Assembly: GCA_964607485.1 (NCBI GenBank)
Contig: CAZSKP010000001.1
Span: forward strand, 153,941-217,940
Direction of reading: 5' to 3'
Origin: an uncultured bacterium
GTDB lineage: Bacteria; Abyssobacteria; SURF-5
Length of the DNA stretch: 64,000 nucleotides
Shown here: positions 47,270-55,382 of the stretch, one piece after another
How the letters are laid out: each line of letters opens with the position of its first letter
Numbering within the stretch: position 1 is the stretch's first letter
Position numbers and translations under genes: made by a program
The notes under the pieces: generated by a model
What the model saw: the letters and a program-made list of their open reading frames with translations, nothing else
Database searches by the model: none
Told to the model about the DNA's origin: nothing

Positions 47270-48142
47270 TCAGCGTGATTGTGCCTCTCTTGTCACTTCT
47301 GCCGCATTGTGAGAACTCCGCACGAACGGCCCCGATGCGACCGCCTTGAAACCCATCCGCAAGCCCAGCAGGCGGTAGCGCTCGAACTCGGACGGCTCGA
47401 CAAAGGCGGCCACGGGCAGATGGTCCGGCGACGGACTCAGGTACTGCCCGATTGTGAGAATGTCGCACCTGGCGCCCCGCAAGTCGCTCATGACGGCCTC
47501 GACTTCTTCGCCTCGCTCGCCCAGGCCCACCATCAGTCCCGATTTCGTGAGCATGTCGGGCCGAAACCGCCTTGCGAGTCGGAGCACGGCGAGTGATACG
47601 CGATAGCTCGCCTCGGGCCGCACTCTGGAATAAAGCGACGGAACCGTCTCGACGTTGTGATTGAATACATCGGGCCCGGCGTCCACGACCGTCCGGACCG
47701 ATTGTTCGCGTCCCTTGAAATCGGGGACGAGCACCTCGACCGCCGCCTGCGGATTCAGCCTTCTGAGAGCCTCGATTACCGCGGCGAAATGCGCAGCCCC
47801 TCCGTCTTCCAGGTCGTCTCGCGTGACCGATGTCACCACCACGTGCCGCAGTTTCATCTCGCCCGCGGCCAGAGCCAGTCGTTCCGCCTCCGATTCATCC
47901 AACGGCGCCGGCACGCCTCCCTCGACCGCACAGAACCGGCACGAGCGCGTGCACACGTTGCCCATTATCATGAACGTGGCCGTTCCGCTCGCGAAACATT
48001 CGCCCGTGTTGGGACAGTGCGCGCTGCGACACACGGTGTTGAGGCGGTATTTTTCCAGCACGCCCCGTGTGAAATCGGCCCGCGGGCTCGCGGGCAGCCT
48101 CTTCTTTATCCAGGGCGGAAATTTGCTTTTTACCTGCGGCAT
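47270..48142 (-). CDS. lipA: Lipoyl synthase
   Basis: [12 protein letters not shown] and [31 protein letters not shown]. Confidence 0.97.
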   Translation of the reverse strand: MPQVKSKFPPWIKKRLPASPRADFTRGVLEKYRLNTVCRSAHCPNTGECFASGTATFMIMGNVCTRSCRFCAVEGGVPAPLDESEAERLALAAGEMKLRHVVVTSVTRDDLEDGGAAHFAAVIEALRRLNPQAAVEVLVPDFKGREQSVRTVVDAGPDVFNHNVETVPSLYSRVRPEASYRVSLAVLRLARRFRPDMLTKSGLMVGLGERGEEVEAVMSDLRGARCDILTIGQYLSPSPDHLPVAAFVEPSEFERYRLLGLRMGFKAVASGPFVRSSHNAAEVTREAQSR

Positions 48143-48175
48143 CCGGATCTTCCGTATTGGCTATCAGTTCATTGC

Positions 48176-48204
48176 TGTAAGGGCGCACGGCCGCACGCCC
48201 CTGC
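48176..48204. repeat. Degenerate GTAG-type REP-like palindrome
   Basis: GTAAGGGCGCACGGCCGCACGCCCCTGC resembles the REPs at 57388 and 57681. Confidence 0.4.
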
Positions 48205-48245
48205 GAGAATAAGTCAATGTCCAAAAACAAGTTCAATAGCGCCTT

Positions 48246-48274
48246 AGTCTAGCACAGCAAAAATGCAAATGCAA
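48246..48274 (-). promoter_or_regulatory. Sigma70-type promoter of lipA run
   Basis: Minus strand TTGCAT-N17-TAGACT with extended -10 TG. Confidence 0.55.
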
Positions 48275-48500
48275 CCATCTTGCCGGGCGCGCGCTATCTC
48301 ACCATACAGAGCGCATAGCGTCTTTAACCATCTTCGTTCTTGACAAAATATAGCACTTTGCGGATTTTCCTGTCAACGGCGGAATGATTGGAAGTCTAAC
48401 AATATTTTCGCGCTTCCCGGTGGCCACTTGAAAAGTTCTGAAAGGGAATGGTAGAGTAGTAATCGCTCCGTAAGGGAAGCAAGAGAGGACGCCAAATGCG

Positions 48501-49535
48501 ATGAGCATCCGGTTCGAAAAATATTCTCGCATAACGAAGTTTCTCGACCCTGCCCAGAACTTCGAGGAAAACGAGCGGCCGACCGAGATACGTGTTGACC
48601 CACTCACCGGTCGAACCGCGCGCGTGCTGCATTTCCCCATACGCATGCTGTCGAGGCCGGACCTGACGGAAATCGTTGAGCGCTCGCTGGAGTTCGGCTG
48701 CCCGTTTTGCCCGCAGATGAGAGAGATGGTCACGCCCAAGTTTCCGGCGGAGCTGACGAAGAAAGAGCGAATCCGGCAGGGCGACGCCGTCGTGTTTCCC
48801 AACATGTTTCCCTACGACACGTTCAGCGCGGTGGCAATATTCTCCGACGAGCACTTTAAGCCCCTGGCCGAGTTTGCGCCGGAACTGCTGCGCGACGGCT
48901 TCCGTGCGTCGCAGGAGTATCTGGCCTCCGTGAAGAAGGCCAATCCGGACGCCTCCCGATATTGCACCATAAACTGGAATTATATGCCGCTCGCCGGCGG
49001 AACGATCATACATCCGCATCTTCAGATAATCGCCGGAGAGGGCGGGACGAATTATCATCGCTCGATTCTGGATGCGAGCAGGAATTATGCGGCCGAAAAT
49101 TCCGGGTGCTATTGGGCCGACCTCATCGAGGAGGAGTCGAGGCGGGGCGAGAGGTTCATCGGCAAACTTGGGAAGGTGACCTGGCTGACCAGCTTCGCGC
49201 CCAAGGGGTTCATCGACATAACGGCGGTGTTCGAGCGAACGCCGGCCATCGCGGACATCGACGTTTCCGATTGGACGGATTTCTCGCGAGGGCTCTCGGC
49301 GGCGATGAAATACCTGGACAGCCAGGGCCTCTACAGCTTCAATATGGCCATGTATTCAGGTTTGGGAGAGGACCATTTCTGGACGCACGCCAAGCTGATT
49401 CCCAGAGCGCTCCTTCCGCCGATGAACACGAGCGACATCAATTATTTCAACACGCTTCACGACGAGGTTCTGACGATTTTCGAGCCGGAGCAGACCTGCG
49501 CCGAAGCAAGGGCATTTTTTGCCGAGATGGCGTGA
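48501..49535 (+). CDS. GalT-like nucleotidyltransferase (HIT superfamily)
   Basis: RVDPLTG, CPFCP, FPN.FPY, NWNY...GGTIIHPHLQ (HxHxQ). Confidence 0.85.
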   Translation: MSIRFEKYSRITKFLDPAQNFEENERPTEIRVDPLTGRTARVLHFPIRMLSRPDLTEIVERSLEFGCPFCPQMREMVTPKFPAELTKKERIRQGDAVVFPNMFPYDTFSAVAIFSDEHFKPLAEFAPELLRDGFRASQEYLASVKKANPDASRYCTINWNYMPLAGGTIIHPHLQIIAGEGGTNYHRSILDASRNYAAENSGCYWADLIEEESRRGERFIGKLGKVTWLTSFAPKGFIDITAVFERTPAIADIDVSDWTDFSRGLSAAMKYLDSQGLYSFNMAMYSGLGEDHFWTHAKLIPRALLPPMNTSDINYFNTLHDEVLTIFEPEQTCAEARAFFAEMA

Positions 49536-49605
49536 ACGGCTGTCGGACTGGGAGAGGAAATTCTCGGCGGAGAGTCACGAGCTTCCGAAAGGAGATAACT
49601 TCATC

Positions 49606-50052
49606 ATGCCCCGTCGCAAGACCACACCGGAATTTAGAAAATGCCAATGCGGACAATCATGGAAGACTCGGGACGATTTTCTTCACGACGGGAAAGTGAA
49701 GATAGTGGGCTATCAGCCCGATTTCGTGACGGCCAAGTACAACCACTTTTTGTTTCAGCATCGCGCGAAAAACTGCGGCCGGTTCTTCGGCGTGAGGGCG
49801 TCCGACTTCGGCGACCTTCGCGAGAAGGAGTGTCCCAATGAACTCTGCACGGGGCAAGAGGGGTGTCCGGGGTACTGCCTGAACACGTTCGACCTACGGA
49901 TCTGCTCGGTGACGTGCCGCAACGCAACCGATCGGATGCTAGCCTCGAAGCTCCGGAGCCGCCGCATACTGAGGGGCTTGAAGTCGGCGGCGGCAGGTGC
50001 CCGCCATCGTGGCAAGGGCAAAGCCAGGTCAGCGGCGGCGCGTGCTAAATAG
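49606..50052 (+). CDS. Small cysteine-rich hypothetical protein
   Basis: ATG 49606 after AAGGAG; nine Cys (CQC, NCG, CPNELC, CPGYC, CSVTC); basic C-tail. Confidence 0.7.
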   Translation: MPRRKTTPEFRKCQCGQSWKTRDDFLHDGKVKIVGYQPDFVTAKYNHFLFQHRAKNCGRFFGVRASDFGDLREKECPNELCTGQEGCPGYCLNTFDLRICSVTCRNATDRMLASKLRSRRILRGLKSAAAGARHRGKGKARSAAARAK

Positions 50053-50133
50053 CGAATTTCATTAACTTTTCGGTAGTAACGCCAGCCTTCCTGAACGTTC
50101 GGTATGCATTCCCGGCCAAATTTATCCTCTTCC

Positions 50134-50598
50134 TCAACTGACCAGCCTGCCGTGAGATATGGCCCCAATAACGTCTGTGGCGGTCACGATGCCGACCACC
50201 TTACCGTCCCTTAAGATGGGCACCCGGTGGACGCGATGCTCATGCATGGTCCTGCATATCTCATTCACCGGAGTCGACTCGGCGGCGGTATAGAGGCGGG
50301 TGGACATGATCTCCTCGACCCAGAGGTGTTTGAAGGATACTCCCTCGGCCTCCTCCGTGTTGAGGGCGGAGGAGAAGAGCTCGTAGATTTCCTGATATTC
50401 GAGGTTAGCGCCGAGAGTGCGTACCTCCTCCCTGATCAGGTCGCGCATTGAGACCATTCCGACCATTTTTTCTTCCCCGTCTATCACGGGAACGCCGGTA
50501 ATCCTCTTATCGGCAAGCAGCTTCAAGAGGTCGCGGATGGACGCCGAGACGTCTATCGTGACGACTTCGCGCGTCATGATGTCTTTCGCCAGGAGCAT
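50134..50598 (-). CDS. CBS-pair (Bateman domain) protein
   Basis: AKDIMT, ITGVPVID...VGMVS.RDL, VEEIMS, VHRVPIL..GKVVGIVT..DV. Confidence 0.92.
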   Translation of the reverse strand: MLLAKDIMTREVVTIDVSASIRDLLKLLADKRITGVPVIDGEEKMVGMVSMRDLIREEVRTLGANLEYQEIYELFSSALNTEEAEGVSFKHLWVEEIMSTRLYTAAESTPVNEICRTMHEHRVHRVPILRDGKVVGIVTATDVIGAISHGRLVS

Positions 50599-50606
50599 TT
50601 CGAACC

Positions 50607-51860
50607 TCAGCTTCCAAATCGGTAAGTGGCGCCCATCAGGTCGAGTATCGAGAGCAGAAAATCATTGGCCCTGATGCGGCAGAGCCCGCCACGCGCGCAC
50701 GCTCGTTCTCCGAAGCTTGTCACGCCATCCACGAGAACTCCCTCGCCGTGTATCAGCACGGGCACGGGGTCGGCGCTGTGTTCACGGATTGCCGACGGGG
50801 TGGAATGGTCGGCCGTGATCGCGATGTAGGTGTCCTGCGGGTCGTCGAGGCCGTCGATTATCTTTTGAAGCATGTTATCGGTGCGTTCGATGAACGCGAA
50901 CTTTTCGCGTGGTTTGTTGTCGTGGGCCATGAGGTCCATTCCCTTGATGTGGGTGGCGACGAAATCGGCCTCCTTCAGGCCCTGGAGTGTCAGCCGTGCC
51001 TTCTCGTCCAGGTCCGTATCGACGTTGGCCGTGAGCTTTTCGTTGGTCAGCACGGTGAAGCCCGCCATCTGGGCAATTCCGGCGACGGTGCTCTCTCCGG
51101 TGACACAACATCCTTTGATGTTGAACCTCTCGGCGAGGCTCCGCATCTTGACGGCCATGCCGGCCCCCCGGGTGATGACTATGTTGGCGGGAAGCAGGCC
51201 CTTTTCCACGCGCTCTTTGTTCAGGTCATGGTCTTTGAGTATGTGGTACGACTTGCGCACGAATTCGTTGACAAGGCGGGCGGTTTTCTCGGCCAGGGGT
51301 TGACCGGGCCGTTTCGATTTCACTTCTTGCACCGGTTCACCTTCGTTTGCCGGTCCAGGGTCGGAGTTGGTTATCTCCGCCGAGAGCCGTCCTCCGCCGA
51401 GCACGAGGACGGCGCGGTGTTCGGTGGCGCGCTTGAATACGGCGTTCATCCCATCGCCCAGCGGCATTCCATCCAAAGCTGCCGCGAGCGGCTCCGTGTG
51501 TCTGATTCGGCCGGCGCGGCGGTTCAGCACAATGAAATTTTCATCGACGGTCGCGAAGTTGCATCGAAGCGCGACGTCTCCCGGCTTGAGATGGATCCCG
51601 ATGCCTGCGGCTTCGATGGGGCCCCGTCCCCAGTACACCTTCAGCGGATTGTAGCCGAACAGCGCGAGGTGTCCCACGTCGGTGCCGACCCGGATTCCGG
51701 GCGAGAGCGGGTCCATCAGGCCGGTGATTCCGCCCCGTGCCAGCGCGTCGAAGCAGGGCGTGTGGGCGGCCTCAAGCGGTGTCATTCCGCCGAACACGTC
51801 GAGCGGGCGGTCGCCCAGACCGTCGAGTATCAGCATGACGGCTTTGCGGATTTTCTTCAT
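50607..51860 (-). CDS. apgM: 2,3-bisphosphoglycerate-independent phosphoglycerate mutase, archaeal ApgM type
   Basis: ILDGLGDRP, TPLEAA.TP, GTDVGHLALFGY, GRGPIEAAG, HIKGMD..AHD, TADHSTP, HSADPVP. Confidence 0.92.
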   Translation of the reverse strand: MKKIRKAVMLILDGLGDRPLDVFGGMTPLEAAHTPCFDALARGGITGLMDPLSPGIRVGTDVGHLALFGYNPLKVYWGRGPIEAAGIGIHLKPGDVALRCNFATVDENFIVLNRRAGRIRHTEPLAAALDGMPLGDGMNAVFKRATEHRAVLVLGGGRLSAEITNSDPGPANEGEPVQEVKSKRPGQPLAEKTARLVNEFVRKSYHILKDHDLNKERVEKGLLPANIVITRGAGMAVKMRSLAERFNIKGCCVTGESTVAGIAQMAGFTVLTNEKLTANVDTDLDEKARLTLQGLKEADFVATHIKGMDLMAHDNKPREKFAFIERTDNMLQKIIDGLDDPQDTYIAITADHSTPSAIREHSADPVPVLIHGEGVLVDGVTSFGERACARGGLCRIRANDFLLSILDLMGATYRFGS

Positions 51861-53230
51861 GGCGTTTTCCCTGTCTTAAAACGTTCAACAGCAAGTTCTG
51901 CCAGCCGAACGACTTCCTCGGCCAGTTTCGGTTCTCCGTCGATTTCGAGCGGGATGTTGTCGGCGTACACGACCCTCAGGTTCGCCTCGAGGCCGAGCGC
52001 GGTGGCCACGTCGATAGCCGCCGCCTTCACCTCGGTCAGCAACACTGTAGGCCTGCGGCTCTTGATGGCCTCTGCGATATCGGCCCGCAGCTTCGGCCGG
52101 TTCGACAGGTGATGGCTGACGGCCACGACCTCGCAGCCGAATTCCCGCTCCAGGCTGTTCCGAATAATTTCGCCTGCGATTTTGGGTGCCGTTGTCGCCA
52201 GGAGCACCCTCTCGTTCTTGATGTCCCCGAGCGGCTTCGGTCTGAATACGGTCTTGACCACTCTTGCCGACGGGTTCAGCGCGCGTATGCAGTCGAACAT
52301 AGCCGATATCTTCTTCGGGTCGGCCATCGGCTCCTCGCACATCGTGAGCACGCAGAGGTCGGTCTTGCGGATGCGGTAGGGGCCCATGTAATCCGTAATG
52401 TATTCGAGCGGCTGATGCGCTCCGACGGCCATCGCCCAGCCGTCGGTCGCGACGGGCGGCATCGACGCGCCGCTCCCCTCGAATATCACGAAGTCGGCAG
52501 GGAGCGTGTTGGCGACGCGGGCTCCCTCGGGAACGACCGAGGTGAACACGACGCCCGCAAATCCGCCCCCGCAGCGGCGGCAGCCTATGGTCGTCAGCCG
52601 CGTCATGAGCGCGTCCTCGTAATGGTCGCTGGCGGCGTGCTTGCCCTTGCGGCTCTCCGCCAGCAGGTGCTCGGGCGTGATGTGGATCTCCTCGCCGTGG
52701 ATAACCTCCGGCTGGGGCGGTCCGCCGCGTCCCATCGTGACGATGCAGGGTTTGTAGTCGGCCTCGATTGCTTCCTGTCCGCTCAGAACGCGGGCGATGT
52801 AGGCCGCCAGCGCCGTCTTGCCTACGCGCTTGCCGGTGCCGCCGACGGAGAGCGAGGGCTTCGCGCAAATCTTTTCGTATCGGGGAGGAGTGAACCGAAA
52901 GTCGGCCCCTTCGTAGGATACGTCGTGGCCGAGTATCAGGTTGGCGAACTCGAACCGCCTTCGGTAGCTGACCACGGGCTCGTCGCTCAGGTCCACGACC
53001 ACGTCGGGCCGAAACCGGTCGATCGCGCCTGAGATCGCCGCAAGCGGGTTTTCATCGATGACCACCGGCAGGCCGAGCTCTTTCAGGTCTTCGGGCGAGC
53101 CTATCTTCTCCATCCCGCCTATGAATACGGCCGCGGCGGCTTCATACGAGCGGCTTTGCGAAACTTCGGAGATACCGTCCCGATTGACTGGAATGTAGTG
53201 TTCTCCGTCTATCAGGAAGAGAGCTTTCAT
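51857..53230 (-). CDS. cpgS: Cyclic 2,3-diphosphoglycerate synthetase
   Basis: LIDGEHY, FIGG.EK, DLSDEPVV.Y..RF, GADF.F.P, GTGKRVGKTA, MGRGGP, HAASDH.EDALM, GCRRCGGG, EGSGA..PP, TMCEEPMA, FRPKP, LSNRP, TE.KAAA.DVAT, DN.P; colinear with Methanothermus-type cDPGS as I recall it. Confidence 0.9.
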   Translation of the reverse strand: MKALFLIDGEHYIPVNRDGISEVSQSRSYEAAAAVFIGGMEKIGSPEDLKELGLPVVIDENPLAAISGAIDRFRPDVVVDLSDEPVVSYRRRFEFANLILGHDVSYEGADFRFTPPRYEKICAKPSLSVGGTGKRVGKTALAAYIARVLSGQEAIEADYKPCIVTMGRGGPPQPEVIHGEEIHITPEHLLAESRKGKHAASDHYEDALMTRLTTIGCRRCGGGFAGVVFTSVVPEGARVANTLPADFVIFEGSGASMPPVATDGWAMAVGAHQPLEYITDYMGPYRIRKTDLCVLTMCEEPMADPKKISAMFDCIRALNPSARVVKTVFRPKPLGDIKNERVLLATTAPKIAGEIIRNSLEREFGCEVVAVSHHLSNRPKLRADIAEAIKSRRPTVLLTEVKAAAIDVATALGLEANLRVVYADNIPLEIDGEPKLAEEVVRLAELAVERFKTGKTP

Positions 53231-54408
53231 CTGGCTTTCCTGAGGGGGGGCTTGTCGTGGCTCCTGACGAAGGCGGTGAGGTGTTGTACGATGGTGGCCA
53301 CCGTCTGGTCGAAGTTCTTGCTTTCAAAAACGGGCACGTTGTGTTTGTGGGCCTGCTCCACGACGAAATCCTGTATCTTCCGTATCGAGTCGAAGTTGTC
53401 GAGATATTTCTCCGCGCCTCGGGTGGAAGCCTGCTGGCCCCGAAGGTGGAAGCGTTCGCGGTGAATGTTTTCGTCCTCGGTGGTTATCACCATCCTGAAC
53501 ACGAGCGCCTTATCGCCATAGTCCCTCTTCAGGAACCCCGGCACAAGGTGCACGCCGTCTATTATTGTGCTTATCTTCTCGTTCAGCGCGCGGTCCATCA
53601 GCGCGTATATGCCCGCCGAGACGCGCAGAGCCTGTTCCATGAACGCTGCAATGACTATGTCGTCCTGGACGCCCTTGGGCAAGTCGAACGATTTCCAGGC
53701 GTCGAACGACGACCTGTGGATGGTCGGCATCAGCTCCGGCGAGAACATGATGCGCATGACCTCCCTGACCGAATCCGTCGAGATGACGCGCGTTATGCCA
53801 AGGCGATGCGCAAGCTCGACCGCTATCGTGGACTTGCCCGTACCGGCGGTCCCGCCCAGCAGGATGATGAGCGGGGTGGCGGGGTTCTTGAGGCGCCGCC
53901 AGAGCAGATAACGATTTGCGTACGAGGAGCCGTACTTTTTTCGGAGCGTATTGACGGTCAGGTCGCGAAGCTCGTCGCGGCTGACCTCTCGGCCGCGGCG
54001 GCGCAGGAGCGCTTTCTCAATTGTCACCGCCAGTGAATGAGATATATTCGGCTCGATGCCGGAGGCCTCAAGCGACTGCGAGAGTATCCCCTTTGAGAAG
54101 GGCACGCCCGACTTGTCTCCCATCACGAGAATGGGAGAGGAGACCTTCTTCCAATCGAGGTATTTATTGGCCATATCCTGGTCGTGCTCGCTGCGCAGGA
54201 GGTCAGAGACGATTCGTCTGAGCTGGCTCTTGTCGACGCGCGCCGATTTCCTCTTCATCAGGCGCTCCTCGACCTTCTCGGCCAGCCGGTAAGCCTCGTC
54301 GGGTTCCAGGCCGATGGCGAGCAGTCCTTGCGACAATATTCCCTTGGAAAACGGGAACTGAGTGTCTTTGCTCACCACCAGAGGGTATTTGTTTCTTTGT
54401 GTTTTCAT
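53227..54408 (-). CDS. 2-phosphoglycerate kinase with two N-terminal ATP-cone-like domains
   Basis: PFSKGILSQ twice; YLLWR; LLGGTAGTGKST.A.ELAHRLGI..VISTDSVREVMR; IDGVHLVPG; HRERF; YLDNF..IRKIQ. Confidence 0.88.
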   Translation of the reverse strand: MKTQRNKYPLVVSKDTQFPFSKGILSQGLLAIGLEPDEAYRLAEKVEERLMKRKSARVDKSQLRRIVSDLLRSEHDQDMANKYLDWKKVSSPILVMGDKSGVPFSKGILSQSLEASGIEPNISHSLAVTIEKALLRRRGREVSRDELRDLTVNTLRKKYGSSYANRYLLWRRLKNPATPLIILLGGTAGTGKSTIAVELAHRLGITRVISTDSVREVMRIMFSPELMPTIHRSSFDAWKSFDLPKGVQDDIVIAAFMEQALRVSAGIYALMDRALNEKISTIIDGVHLVPGFLKRDYGDKALVFRMVITTEDENIHRERFHLRGQQASTRGAEKYLDNFDSIRKIQDFVVEQAHKHNVPVFESKNFDQTVATIVQHLTAFVRSHDKPPLRKAR

Positions 54409-54445
54409 ACGCTGAAACGGTTTGGAAATCCCCGCGTCTCAGTCA

Positions 54446-54475
54446 AGTCTAGCATAGGCTCGACCGACGTGTCAA
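54446..54475 (-). promoter_or_regulatory. Sigma70-type promoter of cDPG operon
   Basis: Minus strand TTGACA-N18-TAGACT with extended -10 TG. Confidence 0.6.
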
Positions 54476-54544
54476 AGCACGGGATTAGAGGTTTGGGAGA
54501 GTTTGTCGGCGCACGTTTCAAAGAACGAAAAAAGGGCTTAAGCC

Positions 54545-54573
54545 TTGACAAAGCATCTTTGGTTTGTTATGTT
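54545..54573 (+). promoter_or_regulatory. Sigma70-type promoter of sdh operon
   Basis: TTGACA-N17-TATGTT with extended -10 TG. Confidence 0.55.
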
Positions 54574-54647
54574 TTTTATCGACCTCAGTCGAATCTCTCA
54601 GGTGTTGAAGCTCTCATTTTTTCGGTATCGAAGGAAAAGAGCTTTCC

Positions 54648-54986
54648 ATGACTCAGCACCGCGGGCTCTTGCCCTGGCTGCTCCAACGGATAACGGGCGC
54701 CTACCTCGTCTTCGGCATGGCCGTCCACATCATCGTGCTTCCACTCGGCAAGGGAACCATAACGTTCGAAAGCGTCTCCGCGCGCCTTCAACATCCATGG
54801 TGGGCGACGTTCGACTTTCTCCTCCTTGCCGTGTGCGTGTACCACGGCTTCAACGGGCTGTGGTCGGTCTTCCTTGATTTCAACCCTTCGCCGGGGCTGC
54901 GCAGGGGTGTCGGCTGGGGGCTTGCATTGTTCGGGCTGATCTGGGTTGTGTTCGGCATCTTCGTGTTGGTTCCTTTCGCGAAATAG
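54648..54986 (+). CDS. sdhD: Succinate dehydrogenase hydrophobic anchor (SdhD-like)
   Basis: WLLQRITG, three TM helices, YHGFNG...D. Confidence 0.75.
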   Translation: MTQHRGLLPWLLQRITGAYLVFGMAVHIIVLPLGKGTITFESVSARLQHPWWATFDFLLLAVCVYHGFNGLWSVFLDFNPSPGLRRGVGWGLALFGLIWVVFGIFVLVPFAK

Positions 54987-54995
54987 GGGGCAGGC

Positions 54996-55364
54996 GTGAG
55001 CTGGCTCAAGGACTTTCTGCTGAACAGACACGAGGGACAGCCGTCGTTCGGGCTTCAGCGGATTACGGGCATCCTGCTTGCCGTCTATCTTATCCCCCAT
55101 GTCTTCCTGAACGGATACGCGCTGATGTTCGGGGCGGAGAAATACGACACGGCGACCGAGATGGCGCAGAAGCTTCACTGGCTGGAGCTGCTTATAATCC
55201 TCGGAGTCGCCTTCCACATGTTCAACGGCATCCGCATCATAGCGGTTGATTTCTTTTCGGCCACGCGCAGCCGCAAGCGCCTGTTCTGGATCGCGAGCGG
55301 GCTCACGGCGGTTGTGATGATCTACAGCATCTACGTGTACATCCCGAAGATGTTCGGACACTGA
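54996..55364 (+). CDS. sdhC: Succinate dehydrogenase cytochrome b subunit (SdhC-like)
   Basis: QRITG..L..YL.PH, FHMFNGIRII..D, three TM helices. Confidence 0.75.
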   Translation: MSWLKDFLLNRHEGQPSFGLQRITGILLAVYLIPHVFLNGYALMFGAEKYDTATEMAQKLHWLELLIILGVAFHMFNGIRIIAVDFFSATRSRKRLFWIASGLTAVVMIYSIYVYIPKMFGH

Positions 55365-55382
55365 GTGCGAACTGAGGCACGG

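Noticed and set aside
48340-48376. TTGACA-N25-TGTCAA inverted repeat between lipA and the galT-like gene
   Set aside because: Could be an operator or two opposed -35 boxes; no matching -10 or second copy to support either
54494-54610. Glycine-riboswitch-like words (GGAGAG, CTCTCAGG) upstream of sdh
   Set aside because: The CCGAAG core and supporting helices are missing, and a predicted promoter lies between the two words
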